From NCBI RefSeq assembly GCF_004010195.1, contig NC_057718.1, forward strand, positions 96,642,230 through 96,706,229: a stretch of DNA of 64,000 nucleotides, in the 5' to 3' direction. Below the pieces are notes generated by a model. The model was not told the origin of the DNA and did no database searches. It saw only the letters and a program-made list of their open reading frames with translations. The first letter of the stretch is position 1, and each line of letters starts with the position of its first letter. Of the stretch, positions 1 to 13,099 are shown piece by piece. The translations under genes and the position numbers were made by a program. Origin of the DNA: Chiloscyllium plagiosum (lineage: Eukaryota).

Positions 1-60
1 GGCAATTAGGAATGGGCAATAAATGCTCGCCTAGCGATCCTGTGATTGAATATAAATAAA
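1..60 (+). mobile_element. 3' tail shared by tRNA-SINE family B and the L2/CR1-group LINE
   Basis: ggcaattaggaatgggcaataaatgct... followed by an A-rich end; the same tail occurs at 3945-4005, 34775-34825(-) and 61365-61440(-). Confidence 0.7.
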
Positions 61-1262
61 ACTTGATATTACACAAACATAAAATTAATTTTTTACAGGT
101 TTCTTAGAACATACTTAAAAATCAAGTCACACCTCATTCAACAAAATGTAACACTTTCAAACATAGCACTAGGGTGGTGAGTTTAACCTGAGAGTCACCG
201 CACTTCAGACAAAGGGGGGGGTTGGGTTTATGACTGATAGCACCAACGGTTCTGAGAAAAAATGGCACAGATAATCACGCTGTACTTCCAATGGATTTCT
301 TTTTTGTCACTTCGGCTGTTTCCCTTCAAATGGGTGTCCCTACCATAAGCACAGAGATCACAGTCAATTTTCCACTTAATTGCATTGAGGGATAATGGCG
401 AGCAAATGCAGAACAACACAAAACTAAAGAGAGAAAGAAAAAAAACCAGTCGCAGCCAAAGATCTGGGGAGCACAGCTCCAATCCTGACTCATAAAGCGA
501 GGTCTGCTTTCTGCTAACTATTAACTGACTTATTGATTTTAGATGTGTATCACACAGTTATAATTTTGTCAGAGGGCAGACCACATAAGTTGTTCTTTTT
601 CTGGTTATTTCATTTAGTCTTATTCCAAAAGTCTGTAAATTGACGACCAGGACAAAAATTATAATTGACATCATCTGTGGGAAATATTTTATAAAACAAC
701 AGGTCCAAATGAGGATTAAAGCCATGTGGTAATAAAATACAACAGTGAAGAATACAGGTCTCAGGATTTCTTGCACAAACAGCTGGGCTATATACTCTGC
801 TGGGTCATTTTTTAAAACACATTTTGCTTGAAATAATTAGTCCCTTTCTCTACACATTGCCACTCAGTGCCAAAAGCCAGTATTCGTGAGACCAAACTGA
901 ACCCAACTCCATCCACACAGGAGCTAGTTACAGTGATCCACAGATTTCCCTAGGGGGGCGATTGCATCGCATCTGACTTCGACTCCAGAAGATCAAGTAG
1001 GTGCTAATGGATTACAGTGTGGTCCGTAATGTGAGGTTGCAATCAAATTTGAGGCATCAATGTAAAGGTTTTTGTTTTGCAAGTTGCCATGAATGTTGAG
1101 CCATTTCAGGGGAAACAAGAAGGTGCAAAATAACTTTTTTTTTTCTTTGCCAGTGTTGCTGATCAGGGTGAAAGTAATGGGAATGGCCACCTTTTCCACA
1201 CAGAGTAGATTTGTGTCAAAGGTTAGGTCTGTGCCCTGCAACTTTAAATAAAAAAAGTGCAT

Positions 1263-1678
1263 TAAGCTGAATAGGCTGTGGTTGTTTTCCCTGAATCATC
1301 AGGGGCTGAGGGGTGCCCTTATCTAAGTTTATAAAACCATAAGGGGCATGGATAAGGTAAATAGACAAGGTCTTTTCCCTGGGAGTTCAGAACTAGAGGG
1401 CATAGGTTTAGGGTGAGAGGGAAAAGGGACCTAAGGGGCAACCTTTTCACGCAGATGGTGGTGCGTGTATGGAATGAGCTGCCAGACGAAGTGGTGGAGG
1501 CTGGTATAATTACAGCATTTAAAAAGGCATCTGGATGGGTGTATGAATAGGAAAAGTTTAGAGGGATATGGAGCAAATGCTGGCAAATTGGACTAGATTC
1601 GTTTAGGATATCTGGTGGGCATGGACGATTTGGACAAAGGGTCTGTTTCCACGCTGTACAGCTCTACAACTCTATGAG
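1263..1678 (+). mobile_element. CR1/HER1-type LINE, 5'-truncated 3' fragment
   Basis: ORF2 C-terminal motifs (VVRVWNELPDEVVEAG) plus 3'UTR and ctcta(t/c)(g/a)a tail. Confidence 0.9.
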
Positions 1679-2077
1679 GCCATGTGCCACTGATTCACCA
1701 GAGGTTCCTCAACACGGCAGATTCCATTTAATTAACAGGCTATTTCTTTTGAAACATGGATTTTAAGCACCTTTCCACTGAGGAGGTGTCTAGAGTAGTT
1801 TCCATTCTTGGGACCCAGCTCAAGAGCCCTCTTGCTGTGCATTCTACAATCCCAGATCCTGTGGATTTTTCATTATCTATTAATTGCGCGATGATGGCAT
1901 GGACCAAAGCAAAACAGGAGTATGTATTGCAAAGATCAGGCAGAGCAGCAAGTCACTTGAAGAGATACCAACTTTGTTTGCGCATTCTGCAGGCAAAATT
2001 ATTTGGTGTAAGTATAGTTTTCAGCCCAGGAACTCCTCAAAAAAGTTCTTAACACTGAGTTAATGCGTCCATGATTG

Positions 2078-2360
2078 GATGGCGCAGTGGCTCAGTAGTT
2101 AGCACTGCTGCCTCACAGCACCAGGGACCTGAGCTCAATTCCATCCTCGGGTGACTGTCTGTTTGGAGTTTGCACATTCTCTCCGTGTCTGCGTGGGCAC
2201 CTCTGGGTCCTCCAGTTTCCTCCCACAATCCAAAGATGTGCAGGTTAGGTGAATTGGCTGTGTTAAATTGCCCATAGAGTCCAGGGATGTGCAAGGTAGG
2301 TGGTTTAGCCATAGGAAATGCAGTGTTATGGAGTAGGTAGATATGGGAGGGTTGCTGTTC
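2078..2360 (+). mobile_element. HE1-type tRNA-derived SINE (V-SINE group)
   Basis: A box tggctcagtag, degenerate B box, central tggagtttgcacattctc...gtgtctgcgtggg domain. Confidence 0.85.
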
Positions 2361-2617
2361 ATTCACAAAGCAGGCATTCTATGATAGCAGCAACTGGCAT
2401 TTATAAATGTCAATACAGCACCCCAGAGCATTGAATGGAAGCTTTATCTGATGACAAATTGATGTTGAACTACATGAAGTGTCTAAGAATTCAGTCAAAG
2501 TGGCAGATTTAATGTAGGGGCTTCAGGGAGGAGAAGGGAGTGGAGTTGTTTTAGGGAAGTGACTCCAGAAGATGGGGTCAAGATGGCCAAAGGTCACAAA
2601 GACAGACAGGTCTTCAG

Positions 2618-2720
2618 CAGCCACAGAAGAGTCATATCGGACTCAAAATATTAACTCTGCTTTCTCTCTCCAGAGGTTCTACCAGACCTGCTGAGTGTTT
2701 CGAGCACTTACTGTTTACTC
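2618..2720 (+). mobile_element. Penelope-like terminal fragment, family C (decayed hammerhead)
   Basis: agaagagtcatatcggactcaaaatattaactctg...accagacctgctgag matches the family C consensus. Confidence 0.65.
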
Positions 2721-3699
2721 TCCGCTGTCTGAGGGCCAGAGGTGTGTACAGTAAACTAAACCACTGAAATGGGTTTTAATTGGATTCATTAGCCTCCCCC
2801 TTTCTCATCTCTGGTTTGCTTTTTTCATTTGTTGCGGCTTCATCTCCACTGGGCAACAAGGGGGTTAACTAACCAGGTTCTTGACCTCTGCTGTGTTTCA
2901 TCGAAGAGTGTAGAGCTTCTTAACACCAAAACAGATGTAAATCTGGCACGTCAGCTTGGTTTCCATGGCAACGCATGCATTGAAATCATAGATATTCCAG
3001 CACAGAAGTCTGCCATTTGGGCCCACCACAATTTCTGTTGGTGTTCTTCCATTCCCAATCCCAGGGCCCTGCTGTTTCTCTCTACCCTTCGATATTTTTC
3101 TCCTCCAAGTGTTTATTTAATTCCCTCTTAAATGTCATGATTGATGAGCTTCAATTGCCACTTAAGTATTACCAGGAGTGCTAATGTATTCCATATTCCA
3201 ATAATCCTTCGCAAAATTAAATCTTCCAACTCCTCCTTTATCCTTCCGGTAATAAACTCAGAGTTCTGCTCCTGTGTTACTGATTAATCTTAGGATGGTT
3301 TACCATCTAAAGCCACTCAACATATTTGGGAACGTTTTAAGGAATGTTCCTTAACCTTATGTTTGATAGTGAAATAATAAATTCATTTCCAATCTGCAGT
3401 CAAAAGTATATTTGTCAGTCTGAGTGGATATTGTCTACCTTCAATGGTTCCAATAGGTCTTTTGGAACAGGGAGAGAGAGGAGTCAATATTCACTGGCAT
3501 CTCTTCCATTCACAGGGCAATTAAACTCCACCGAAAGTGACCTGTTTGAAAAGACATTGACACAAACCATCAAAAGTGGCAACAGGATGCCCTGAAGCAA
3601 TTTTTTAAAAAACCCAGGATTTGAATAGATGTTACAATCAGATTAAATTATATTAAACTTATGTGGTACCCTGGTTGGACCACACTCAACCACAATTCA

Positions 3700-4008
3700 G
3701 TGGGTGGCAATGGGAATGTCACTGGACTACCAAATCCAAGATTCCAGCTCAATGTCCTGAGGACATGGTGGATAGTGAAGATTGAGTTTGATAAAATCAG
3801 GGCTAGAGAGCTGGTGACCATGGTGACTATTGTTATTAAAACCCCTTCTTGATCACTCATGTCCTTTAGGGAAGGAAACCTGCCATTTCTACCTGGTCTG
3901 CTCTGCACTTGACTCCAGACCCACAATAATGTGGTTAATGTGGTCAATTAGGAATGGACAATATATGCTGGTCTAGCCAGCGATACCCTGTGAACAAATA
4001 AATAAAAA
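3700..4008 (+). mobile_element. tRNA-derived SINE family B
   Basis: core tcctttagggaaggaaacctgcc...cctggtctg...gactccagacccac plus LINE-like tail. Confidence 0.8.
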
Positions 4009-4267
4009 CAGTTCTGTTTGGTGGTCATAGAGAATATGAACCATCTGGGGTATGAACAAAAAAAAGGATTCACAAGGATGACAAAGAATTGAGGAACATT
4101 GTTTGACCTTCTTAAGAACATTGGCACCTTCATGAAACCAATAGTGCGTCCTAACAAAGTGCATAACTTTGTAGGAAAAGCAATTTTGTACCTGGAGATC
4201 AGAAGTTGAACAAACCTCTCCAAAATGCAGCTTCATGCTCAGAAACAGTCATAAATCTAAGCAAAAA

Positions 4268-4600
4268 TCATAGAATCCTTACAGTGCAGGAAGAGGTCAT
4301 TTGGCCCATTGAATCCACACTGATTCTTTGAAGAGCATCTCACCCAGACCCAGCCCTATCCCCGTAATCCTGCATTTCCTGTGGCTATTCCACCCAGCCT
4401 ACATGTCTCTGGATACTATAGGGCAATTTTTAGCATGGCCAGTCCAGCTAACTGCAAATCTTTGGACTGTGGGAGGAAACCGGAGCACCCGAAGGAAACC
4501 CACGCAGACACGCAAACTCCACACAGACAATCACCCGGTGGAATCAGACCTGGGCCCCTGGTGTTGTGAGGCAGCAGTGCTAACCACTGAGCCACCGTAC
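4268..4600 (-). mobile_element. HE1-type SINE
   Basis: reverse strand reads ggtggctcagtggttagcactgctgcctcac...ggattctatga. Confidence 0.9.
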
Positions 4601-5044
4601 CGCTCGTGTGGAACAGAGTCAAAATGCTGAACTGAGTCAGAAATCGACTTTTCTGTGCGAAAATGAACGATCTGATCAAAACGTCTCGAGAGTGGACGGT
4701 AATACTTAAAAACGATAGTACACCGCAAGCAAATGCGTAACGGAGTCAGGAAACCAACCTTGCATCAGAAAATCAAAAAGCAACAACATCCTCAGCAACG
4801 TCCAAAATTACAAAAATAATAGTACACCTCAAACCATGCATAACTGAGTGAGAAAATCACCTTTGCACTATTAAATCAAAGGTTTGCGCAAAAATGTGAG
4901 ACTTTGACAAAAATAATAGTGGAACTCAGCAAAATGCATACCTCAGCTGAAAAGTCAACTTTCAGGAAAGCTTGAGCAGGTTAGGTTATGTTTTTCTGGA
5001 AAAGAGAAGATTGAGAAATGACCTGGTTGAGAGTTTTATAAGAA

Positions 5045-5290
5045 CATTGGTGGCAAAGTCACTGGACTAGTGCACCCACAGCCCAGGTTAATGCAGCATG
5101 TACACACGTTCAAAGCCCACCACAGCAGCTTGTGGAATTCGATTCATAATAACATCTAGAGTTTTAAAGCTTGTCTCAATCAATGATGACCAGAAAGCTA
5201 TTCTTGATTTTTATAAAAACTCCATCCTCTGGAAATCTGCGAGCATTACCCGGGCTGGACTATATGTGACTCCCGACACACAACAATGTT
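5045..5290 (+). mobile_element. tRNA SINE family B, decayed
   Basis: gtcactggactag...gttcaaagcccaccacagcagc (B-box-like)...tgtgactcc. Confidence 0.65.
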
Positions 5291-5429
5291 CTTTATTGCT
5301 GTGGAGGGCATTTAGAGTAATTGGAGATCTTGAAAAAAAAGAATGAATTTGTTCAGATAGGTGCGATGAAATTGTTTCCAGTTAAGCGCATGTCTAAAAT
5401 GTCAAACCGCACATATGACAGTCACCAAA

Positions 5430-5728
5430 CAATCCAGGTGAAAGCAGGCCATTTGATTCATCAAGACCTTCCAAAGACCATCCCGCCAGACCCACCCTAT
5501 CCCTGTAACCCCACATTTTGCTTGGCTAATCTACCCATATCTGGACACTCTGGGCAATTTAGCATGGCCAACCCACCTGACCTGCACATCTTTGGACTGA
5601 GGGACGAAACCGGAGCACCCGGAGGAAATCCACGCAGACACGGGGAGAATGTGCAAACTCCACACAGACAGTCACCCGAGGCTGGAATCGAACTTAGGAC
5701 TGTGAGGCAGCAGTGCTAACCACAGAGC
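5430..5728 (-). mobile_element. HE1-type SINE
   Basis: reverse strand has the tRNA head and the conserved central domain. Confidence 0.85.
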
Positions 5729-6271
5729 CAAGATATAGGAACTCAGACAAAATGTCTTTACCCAGAGAATGGTGAGAATGTGGGAGTTGCTACCACAGGG
5801 AGTGGTTGAGGTGAATAGTATAGATGCATTTACAGGACATTTAATGACCAGAGGGAGAAAGAAGCCAAAGGCTATAAGTTCTGTATAATCTGACAGACGT
5901 GTATCACTGCTCTCTTGAAAGCTCATTGCAACCAGAACAAATTAATTAGTTATAGAATGGAAGAACTGGTGTAAGGCATAATCGAGAAAATGCACCACTG
6001 AACACAAATTGGATTTGCTGTATTTTAGATGTCTGTAATTGTGGGTACTTGATGTGTCATTCAGCAGGAATCTTGAGAGGGTGGATGAACATACCAAAGA
6101 CTCCGAGTAAGTAACTCTTTAGAGCTCAGCTTTTGGTGGCAATGTCATAACCTACATATTAAAGGAAAGACGCAAATTAATCTCACAAGCACGTTTAGAT
6201 TCTTTATGACAACAAATTACTTGGAGCAGCAATGACTGCTTTAGCTCCATGTGGCCCCATTCAGCCAGTTG

Positions 6272-6852
6272 TAGAGTCACAGAGACATACAGCATGGAAA
6301 CAGGCCCTTTAGTCCAACCAGTCCGTGCTGAACACAATCCCAAACTAAACCAGTACCACCTGCCTGCTCCTGGCACATATTCCTCCAAACCTTTCCTATT
6401 CATGTACTTATCCAAATATTTTTTAAATGCTGTAATTGTACCCACATCCACCACTTCCTCTGGAATTTCATTCCATCTGTGAACCACACTCTGTTTAAAA
6501 AACTTTGCCCCTCATGTCTTTTATAAATCTTTTTCCTCTCACCTTAAAAATGTGCCCCCTAGTCTTGAAAATACCCCTCCTAGGAAAGAGGCAACCACTG
6601 TTAACTCTATCTGCACCCCTCATTATCTTATAAATTTCTCTGAGGTCGCCTCTCAACCTGCTATGCTCCCAGCCTATCCCGCCTTTCATTATAACTCAAG
6701 CCTTCCATTCCCGGCAACATCTCTGTAAATCTCCTCTGAACCCTCTCCAGCTTACTAATATCATTCGCATAACTGGCCGACCTGAACTGGGTGCAATATT
6801 CCAGAAGAAGCCTCGCCAATGTCCAGTATAACCCCAACATGACATCTCAACT
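6272..6852 (-). mobile_element. CR1/HER1-type LINE 3' fragment
   Basis: ORFs 6152-6487 and 6495-6689 (RLRGDLREIYKIMRG; WNEIPEEVVDVGTITAFKKYLDKYMNRKGLE). Confidence 0.9.
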
Positions 6853-8032
6853 CCAAACTGAGCCCAGCGCTAAGAACTGGATGGTCGCGGTTGCATTCGA
6901 AAGAGATGGAAAGCTGTGGGTGAGAAAACTATTGGTGCAACTATCCTGCAAACTGTCCAAACATGCAAAGCCGACTTGTGACGCATGATGGTTGCTCTCT
7001 TGGGCATATTTTGATTTTATAAGAATATTGGGACGTATGAAGTGTTTGGGGGTGGGATGAATGTTGGTGGTGATGGGTGAAAGTTGGACTTGGCACAGGC
7101 GTGTGAGAAAAAGCTGTTCTACCAATATTTCTATTTCAATCACCATTAAACGATCTCACTGGCTACTGTTGTATTTGATTAATGGCCAACAAGTAGCTTT
7201 AAAATATTGATTGCCTTCACAGCTGGATTAAGTACTTGGCAAAATAAGTCCACTGCCCAGTATATTTTGGATCAACCTGCATTGAAATTCTGCAGTTTGG
7301 CATTGAATAATTCCTTGCACTGACACGTTGCATTACCAAATATTAATATACATATTAATCATAATTCTTTGTTGTTTTTCCCCCGACATCAGCACTCACA
7401 CTTAAATAGAGAACCTGCTGGCACAGGAAATGATGCAAACATTGCAGGAACTGTAACAAAACCACGATCTCAATGGACTTAGTCTCAGCAAACTCAGAAC
7501 AGGTGTTAAAACCAAAGAAAATATATTTCAAGTGAGAACCAAAACCATTCAAAAATATTTTTAAATATGTTTTTCCTTAAGGAAACTTGCTGGCAAAGCC
7601 AGCTTGTGTTGGGTTTTTTTTTAATGCTCTGCTGTAGATTAATTTAAAGCGGTAACGGGATTCAAGGTTAAATAGCGATCCGTTATTCTTGCTGAAGTCA
7701 GATACAAGGACGTGGGGAGCCATTCTGTCTGATGAGCTTAACCCATTATGGAAGGCAACATTGCTGTGCATTTTACATATCCCAGAGCAATGCGCAGATA
7801 ACAAGAGATGTTAAATGTGCAACAGGTTTGCAGATTTGCCTACAAGTGTCTGATAAATACAAAATGCCCACACTCACCTTTACAGTTTGGCTTCTAACGG
7901 CTTCTATGGTATCTGCTTACTTTGCTCTGAGTCAACATCCAGGCTTAACTCAACAAACACAGTGAGCATAGATAAGTTACCAAGCACAGTTACCAAAAAC
8001 ACATAGTCAAACACAAAATAAATGAGCACTTG

Positions 8033-8355
8033 CCAGTGGCTCAGTGGTTAGCAATGCTGCCTCACAGCACCAGGGTTTGATTCCATCCTCTGACTGCTGT
8101 CTATGTAGAGTTGCACATTCTCCCCATATCTGCATGGATTTCCTCCCACAGTCCAAAAATGTGCAGGTTAGGTGGATTGACAATGTTAAGTTCCCAATTA
8201 GTCCAGGGAAGAGCATTATTCCCACAGTGGATTAGCCGTGGGAAATGCAGGGTTATGGGGAGGGGGTGGGGTGTGGTGGGATGCTTTTTGGAAGGTTGAT
8301 GTGGAATCGATGGGCCAAATGACCTGCTTCTATACTGTATGGATTCTATGATTCT
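8033..8355 (+). mobile_element. HE1-type SINE
   Basis: A box tggctcagtgg, B box gtttgattcc, tail ggattctatgattcta. Confidence 0.85.
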
Positions 8356-8431
8356 AATCTGTTGCAAACTCAAATAAGAATAAGCCCCAGCACAACCACA
8401 GTTTTAAAGATAAATAAAATAAAACTGAGGG

Positions 8432-8525
8432 AAGTTACTGAAGAAAGATCACTGGACTCAAAACATTAACTCTATTTTCTATCCCCAGAAGCTGCCAGAC
8501 CTGTTAAGTTTCTCCAGGTTTTTTT
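8432..8525 (+). mobile_element. Penelope-like terminal fragment, family C
   Basis: ctgaagaaagatcactggactcaaaacattaactct...gctgccagacctg. Confidence 0.7.
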
Positions 8526-9064
8526 TGTGCGTTCCACTATTGAAGTGAATCCTGTTTTAAACACCATCCATTAGGAAATGATCCACCTTTCCAACTGATA
8601 AAGATTTTCTGTGTTATATCTTATCGGCAATCAATAATTGAGTTACTTTTCTCCTGACATAGCGACGGAAATCTTGTTGCAGGTTTTATTCTCATAAGAT
8701 TGGGAGGAGGGCACATATGGAATGCATCAAGTTTCCCAACTGCATCACTGTGATATGATGGTGCATGAAAATTGCACGTGTGAGTTTTTAAACATTCGAC
8801 ACTGCAAATCCTGCAATTTCCAGTTGCAAATCTATATGACGTCATCATAATGGATGATGCTTAAGGCAGACTATTAAAGACATGTCTCTTTTCCATTATG
8901 AAGATACGTTGGTACTTTTAATTTCATTTACCACTGAACTGTAAGGTGCATGGTTGCATGCACATGTGTAGAGTGGCTTGAGAATTGAGAGGGAATTTAA
9001 ATCTGACCTCCTTCATGTCTCTCACTTCACAAATCAGACAATCCAGCTGTTTCCTGTAGTCAGC

Positions 9065-9159
9065 GCTGAAAATGTGTTGCTGGAAAAGCGCAGCAGGTCA
9101 GGCAGCATCCAGGGAACAGGAGAATCGACGTTTCGGGCATAAGCCCTTCTTCAGGAAGA
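9065..9159 (-). mobile_element. Penelope-like mini-insertion, family A, with 16-bp TSD
   Basis: gtttcctgtagtcagc at 9049-9064 and 9160-9175 flanks the 95-bp insert. Confidence 0.9.
9124..9157 (-). ncRNA. minimal hammerhead ribozyme motif (family A, intact core)
   Basis: minus strand CUGAAGA-A-GGGC-UUAU-GCCC-GAAA-CGUC; palindromic ACGU stem III; predicted GUC cleavage triplet at 9129-9127. Confidence 0.75.
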
Positions 9160-9244
9160 GTTTCCTGTAGTCAGCCATCTTCGGATTTAGAATAACCAAT
9201 CCTAGACTTACAGTTGAACAATCCTCACCATCATTTTAAAAAAA

Positions 9245-9378
9245 AATCTGAAAGAATTGCTGCTGCTGTAAAACAGAAACAAAGATAAAAATTGCTGGAA
9301 AAGCTCAGCAGGTCTGGCAGCATCTGTGGAGAGAAATCAGTGTTAACGTTTTGGGTCGAGTGACCGTTCCTCAGAACT
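9245..9378 (-). mobile_element. Penelope-like terminal fragment, family C
   Basis: reverse strand gttCTGAGGAacggtcactcgacccAAAAcgttaacac (GAAA mutated to AAAA). Confidence 0.75.
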
Positions 9379-11139
9379 TGTTTCTCATCACTGGACTGTA
9401 GCTTAAACAAAAGATTTAGCAGCGTATTAACAGTAGAATAACTTATTAGATCAAAATTAAACAACAAAGTAAAACTAATTGGTCTATGCTATCAACCCAA
9501 AAATCTTTGTTTTCAGCCCCATTCATACAAAAGACAGACAAACAAACACAGTTCAGGGATAATTAAATAAAAATAAGAACATTGGCAGATTAATTCAATG
9601 GTTTTCATGATGGCTTGCTTCACAGATACCAGTTTATTGACTGATTTTTTTTTTGAAGATGTTTATCAGTTCACTCAGATAGAGGCAGTCATACTTAAAA
9701 CTTCAGTTTCTATTGCCTAAACCTCCAAGAGCTGATAAAGGAGGTTCGGCTGAGAGCTTTCAAATCTTTATGGTGCAGTATCAACAACGAGATTCCTTCT
9801 CCAAGGAACCAAAGTCCAAAACCCAATTCAAACACGGACCACTCTCTGACAGATTGACCATCTCCTCCATGAAGTTGCAGTTATCATTCAATATCTTCCT
9901 TCTACTGGGCATAATGTTTCTTCCAGACTTGCTGGAACCAATTTCCAAGTACTGACCATATTAACTACCAATTTTTGCTATTGTTTAAATGTAATGCTCT
10001 TGCCCAGTGACAAAGCGTCTGAACCTTTTGATCAGGGACCAACTTGCAAATAAATTTAACTTTCATATCTCCAATATTGGAGGGTTACTTGATGTATATC
10101 TTTAATCTTAAGTGCAATGCCCCTCATACTATGTAGATATACTATTGTTGACCATAGTTCATCCTTTGATAATGTAGTGTCACTTGGACCAATGTTTGTG
10201 ATGACGTAGATGTCAAAGTGCCATGATAATATGGTCTGGATTACCCAGTTCCAATTTGAAAACTTTAGGGTTTTCCTCTATTGTAACCCAGTTAATAGAT
10301 GAATCAATTACGACAAGGGCTCTGTTCCCTCCTGTTCTTCAAATAATAAGACGGGAACTTTTATTTCCATCAGAGCTGGCCAGTAGAACATTATTGGCTT
10401 AGCATTTTATAGAGAGTAGGCCTCCAATATTCTGGAAGGATTTTCTCAGTACTACATTGAAGCCAGTCTAGATTATAGTGCTAATGTTTGCCAAGGCTTT
10501 AAGTGTCATTAAGACATTATAAATAATCAAGTTCACTATAAAGTAATACACCTTTATCTGTTTTTTTGCAAACTGAAAGCTTCCTTTAATTGCTTGCAAT
10601 TGGTTAATAAGAAAGGAATAAATTGACTTTCAGTTCAAAAACCCCACTCATTTCCTGCAGCTCTCAGGACTGTGGCTAAACCATGTTTTTCTGTTTGCAA
10701 AATTTACAACCTCTTTATCTCAACCTGTGTTTGAAAAGTACAACGATGGAACATTAAAGACTGGGCTGAAATATTATAGCTCTAAGCATGTCTGACAATT
10801 GTATAAATCAGCCAAGAACACAACTCTTATATCTTTCAATAGCTGAACTTTTCGAACACTGTTATTTAATCAGAGTCAATAAAATGTTGAAAGATTTAAG
10901 CTGGCTAGATTATTTTAAAAGGCATTGCATCCTGCTTGACCTGTTTTATCAGAACATTGTCGCAGTTTCTTTTCAGGACAGAATTCTTTCTCTACCAATT
11001 GTTTGCTCCACACCCCCCTTCTAACTCCTGACCTTTGATAAGTACCTACTCCATGCAGGGATATGGTTCAGTCCATTCCAGTTGCTTGTGATCACTTGCC
11101 CAAAGTTAAAATTTCTACAGTTGCCCACAAATTACTCTC

Positions 11140-11350
11140 TTGTTGGTGGGTTTGTGTTGGAGATTCCCGCACCGTCAAAGTTAATTCAGTGCTGTTTCCT
11201 GCCGGAACTGACACTGTTGTCTTCTTCAGCTTCTCTGCATTGAGGCAGGTCCAACCCACCCTCCAGCCACAAGATAGGGTAAGGAGATGGGCCCAACTCC
11301 TTCTGCCCTTGGGAACAATCTGATCCAACTGTCCAGCCAACTGAGTCATG
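11140..11350 (-). mobile_element. tRNA-derived SINE family C, decayed
   Basis: reverse strand gactcagttggctggacag head; similar to 24610-24810, 36860-37065 and 41890-42080. Confidence 0.5.
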
Positions 11351-11395
11351 ACGCCCCAGCCAGGTTATTGTGCACACACATTTGCATCCATATTA

Positions 11396-12260
11396 TAGAG
11401 TCATGCAGCATGGAAACAGACCCTTCTGCCCAACTCGTCCACGTCGACCAGGTTTCTTAAACTCAACTAGTCCCACTTGGCTCATATCCCTCAAGGGAAA
11501 GTGAGGACTGCAGATGCTGGAGATCAGCGTTGAGAGTGTGTTGCTGGAAAAGCACAGCAGGTCAGGGAGAATCCGAGGAGCAGGAGGATCGACATTTTGG
11601 GAATAAGCTCTTCATCAGGAATGACGGGCTTAAGCCTGATATGTTGACTCTCCTGTTCCTCTAATACAGCCTGACCCGCTATGCTGTTCCAGCACCACAC
11701 TCTCAACTCATATCTCTCCAGACCTTTCCTATCAATATGCTTGTTCAAATGTCTTTATAATCGCACCAGCTTCCACCACTTCCTCCGTCAGGTCATACAC
11801 GTACCATCTTCTGTGTGAAAATGCTGCTCCTAGGGTCCCTTTTAAATCTTTCCCCTCTCATCTTAAATCTATGCTCATTAGTTTTCGACTCCCCTACCCT
11901 GGGAAAAAGAGCTTGATTATTCTTCTTATCCGTACCCCTCCTGCTTTTCTAAACCTCTATAAGGTCACTCCACAGCCTCCCACAGGCTGTAGCCTGTCCT
12001 GATAACTCAAACACCCCAGCCTCAGTAATATTTTCTGCACCCTCTCCAGTTTCATAACATTCTTCCTATAGCAGGGTTACTCGAATTATATGCAATACTC
12101 CAAAAGTGACCTTATCAATATCTTGTAACATGACATCCCAACTCCTGCACTCAATCCTCTGACCAATGAAGGCAGCTGGACCTCATGGAATCTGAGTTCC
12201 CTGACTGGGGCTGTTAATCTGACAAACACCTTCTTCACTACCCCATCATCCTGTGTTAGT
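11396..12260 (-). mobile_element. CR1/HER1-type LINE 3' fragment, interrupted by a PLE insertion
   Basis: tail tgactcta at ~11396-11403; ORF2 remnants such as YKILIRSLLEYCI. Confidence 0.85.
11495..11706. mobile_element. Penelope-like inverted-repeat insertion, family A
   Basis: head-to-head arms; imperfect TSD ctcatatccctcaag / ctcatatctctccag. Confidence 0.8.
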
Positions 12261-12344
12261 AGAGGTTTTAATTTCCTTTTCGTTGCATGCTTGACCAAGA
12301 ATCTCTGTTCTTACCATGTCACATTGGTGCCATATTAGAAAGAT

Positions 12345-12583
12345 TTGCAGACTGCTACTCAACTGAGTTAACCATTCACCAAGTCACCCTTTATTTACAC
12401 ATGAACAGTCCTTGACATTGGTACTGGCTCAATCAGAGTCAGGTACCAGAGTGTCAGTATCTCCAACACTCGTCCTTTTAATCTGTCAGCCAGGGCTCCC
12501 TGATTGCACCAGATTAATGGCCCCAAATTAGGGAACTCAGTTTTTATGGGGTCCAACTAGGTGACCTCATTACAATCACTGCA
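12345..12583 (-). mobile_element. solo LTR
   Basis: reverse strand begins TGcagtgattgtaatgagg; inverted ccctgatt/aatcaggg pair; AATAAA; homologous to 51790-51999. Confidence 0.65.
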
Positions 12584-12614
12584 TCAATCTGCTGGGCCGC
12601 GGTATAAATACACC

Positions 12615-12715
12615 AAGAGCTCTGAAGGAGAGTCATCGCACTTAAAACATTAACTGTTTCTCTCTCCACAGGTGCCGTCAGACCTGCTGAGTTTTTCCAG
12701 CTTTCTCTGTGTCTG
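12615..12715 (+). mobile_element. Penelope-like terminal fragment, family C
   Basis: ctgaaggagagtcatcgcacttaaaacattaactg...cagacctgctgag. Confidence 0.65.
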
Positions 12716-13099
12716 TTGTAAATATGCCTTCCTTGGTCATCCAGTCCTGGTTCAAAGGTGATGATTAGCATCCACTGAACCATAAGATTCCAATTCACTT
12801 GCCAGGCAAATTGGGTTTGGAGAAATACTTTTAGGGAGGAGAGGATCAACTGATAATCAAAAGTGAGGAGATGTAAAGAGGCAGATTTGAAGTAATAACA
12901 CAGAGAACCAATTTTACTGTGTTTACCTCCTCAAAAATGAAAGTTAATTTTTCTATCCCCCTTTGAACCCATTCAAAACCCACCTCCTTGTACACAGGCC
13001 TTTAGTGCTGGCAGTTAGATGACCATAGGGCGACAAGAGAGCCGAGTCTGATCTTGTGCTCGCCCTCACAGACTGACAGAATGGCTGCAACACTGATGG

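Noticed and set aside
946..962. CTCF-like ccctaggggggcg
   Set aside because: An extra G disrupts the core spacing, giving a weak match.
7648..7690. Hairpin taacgggat...gatccgtta
   Set aside because: The stem is about 11 bp and imperfect, matches no RNA family I recognise, and could arise by chance.
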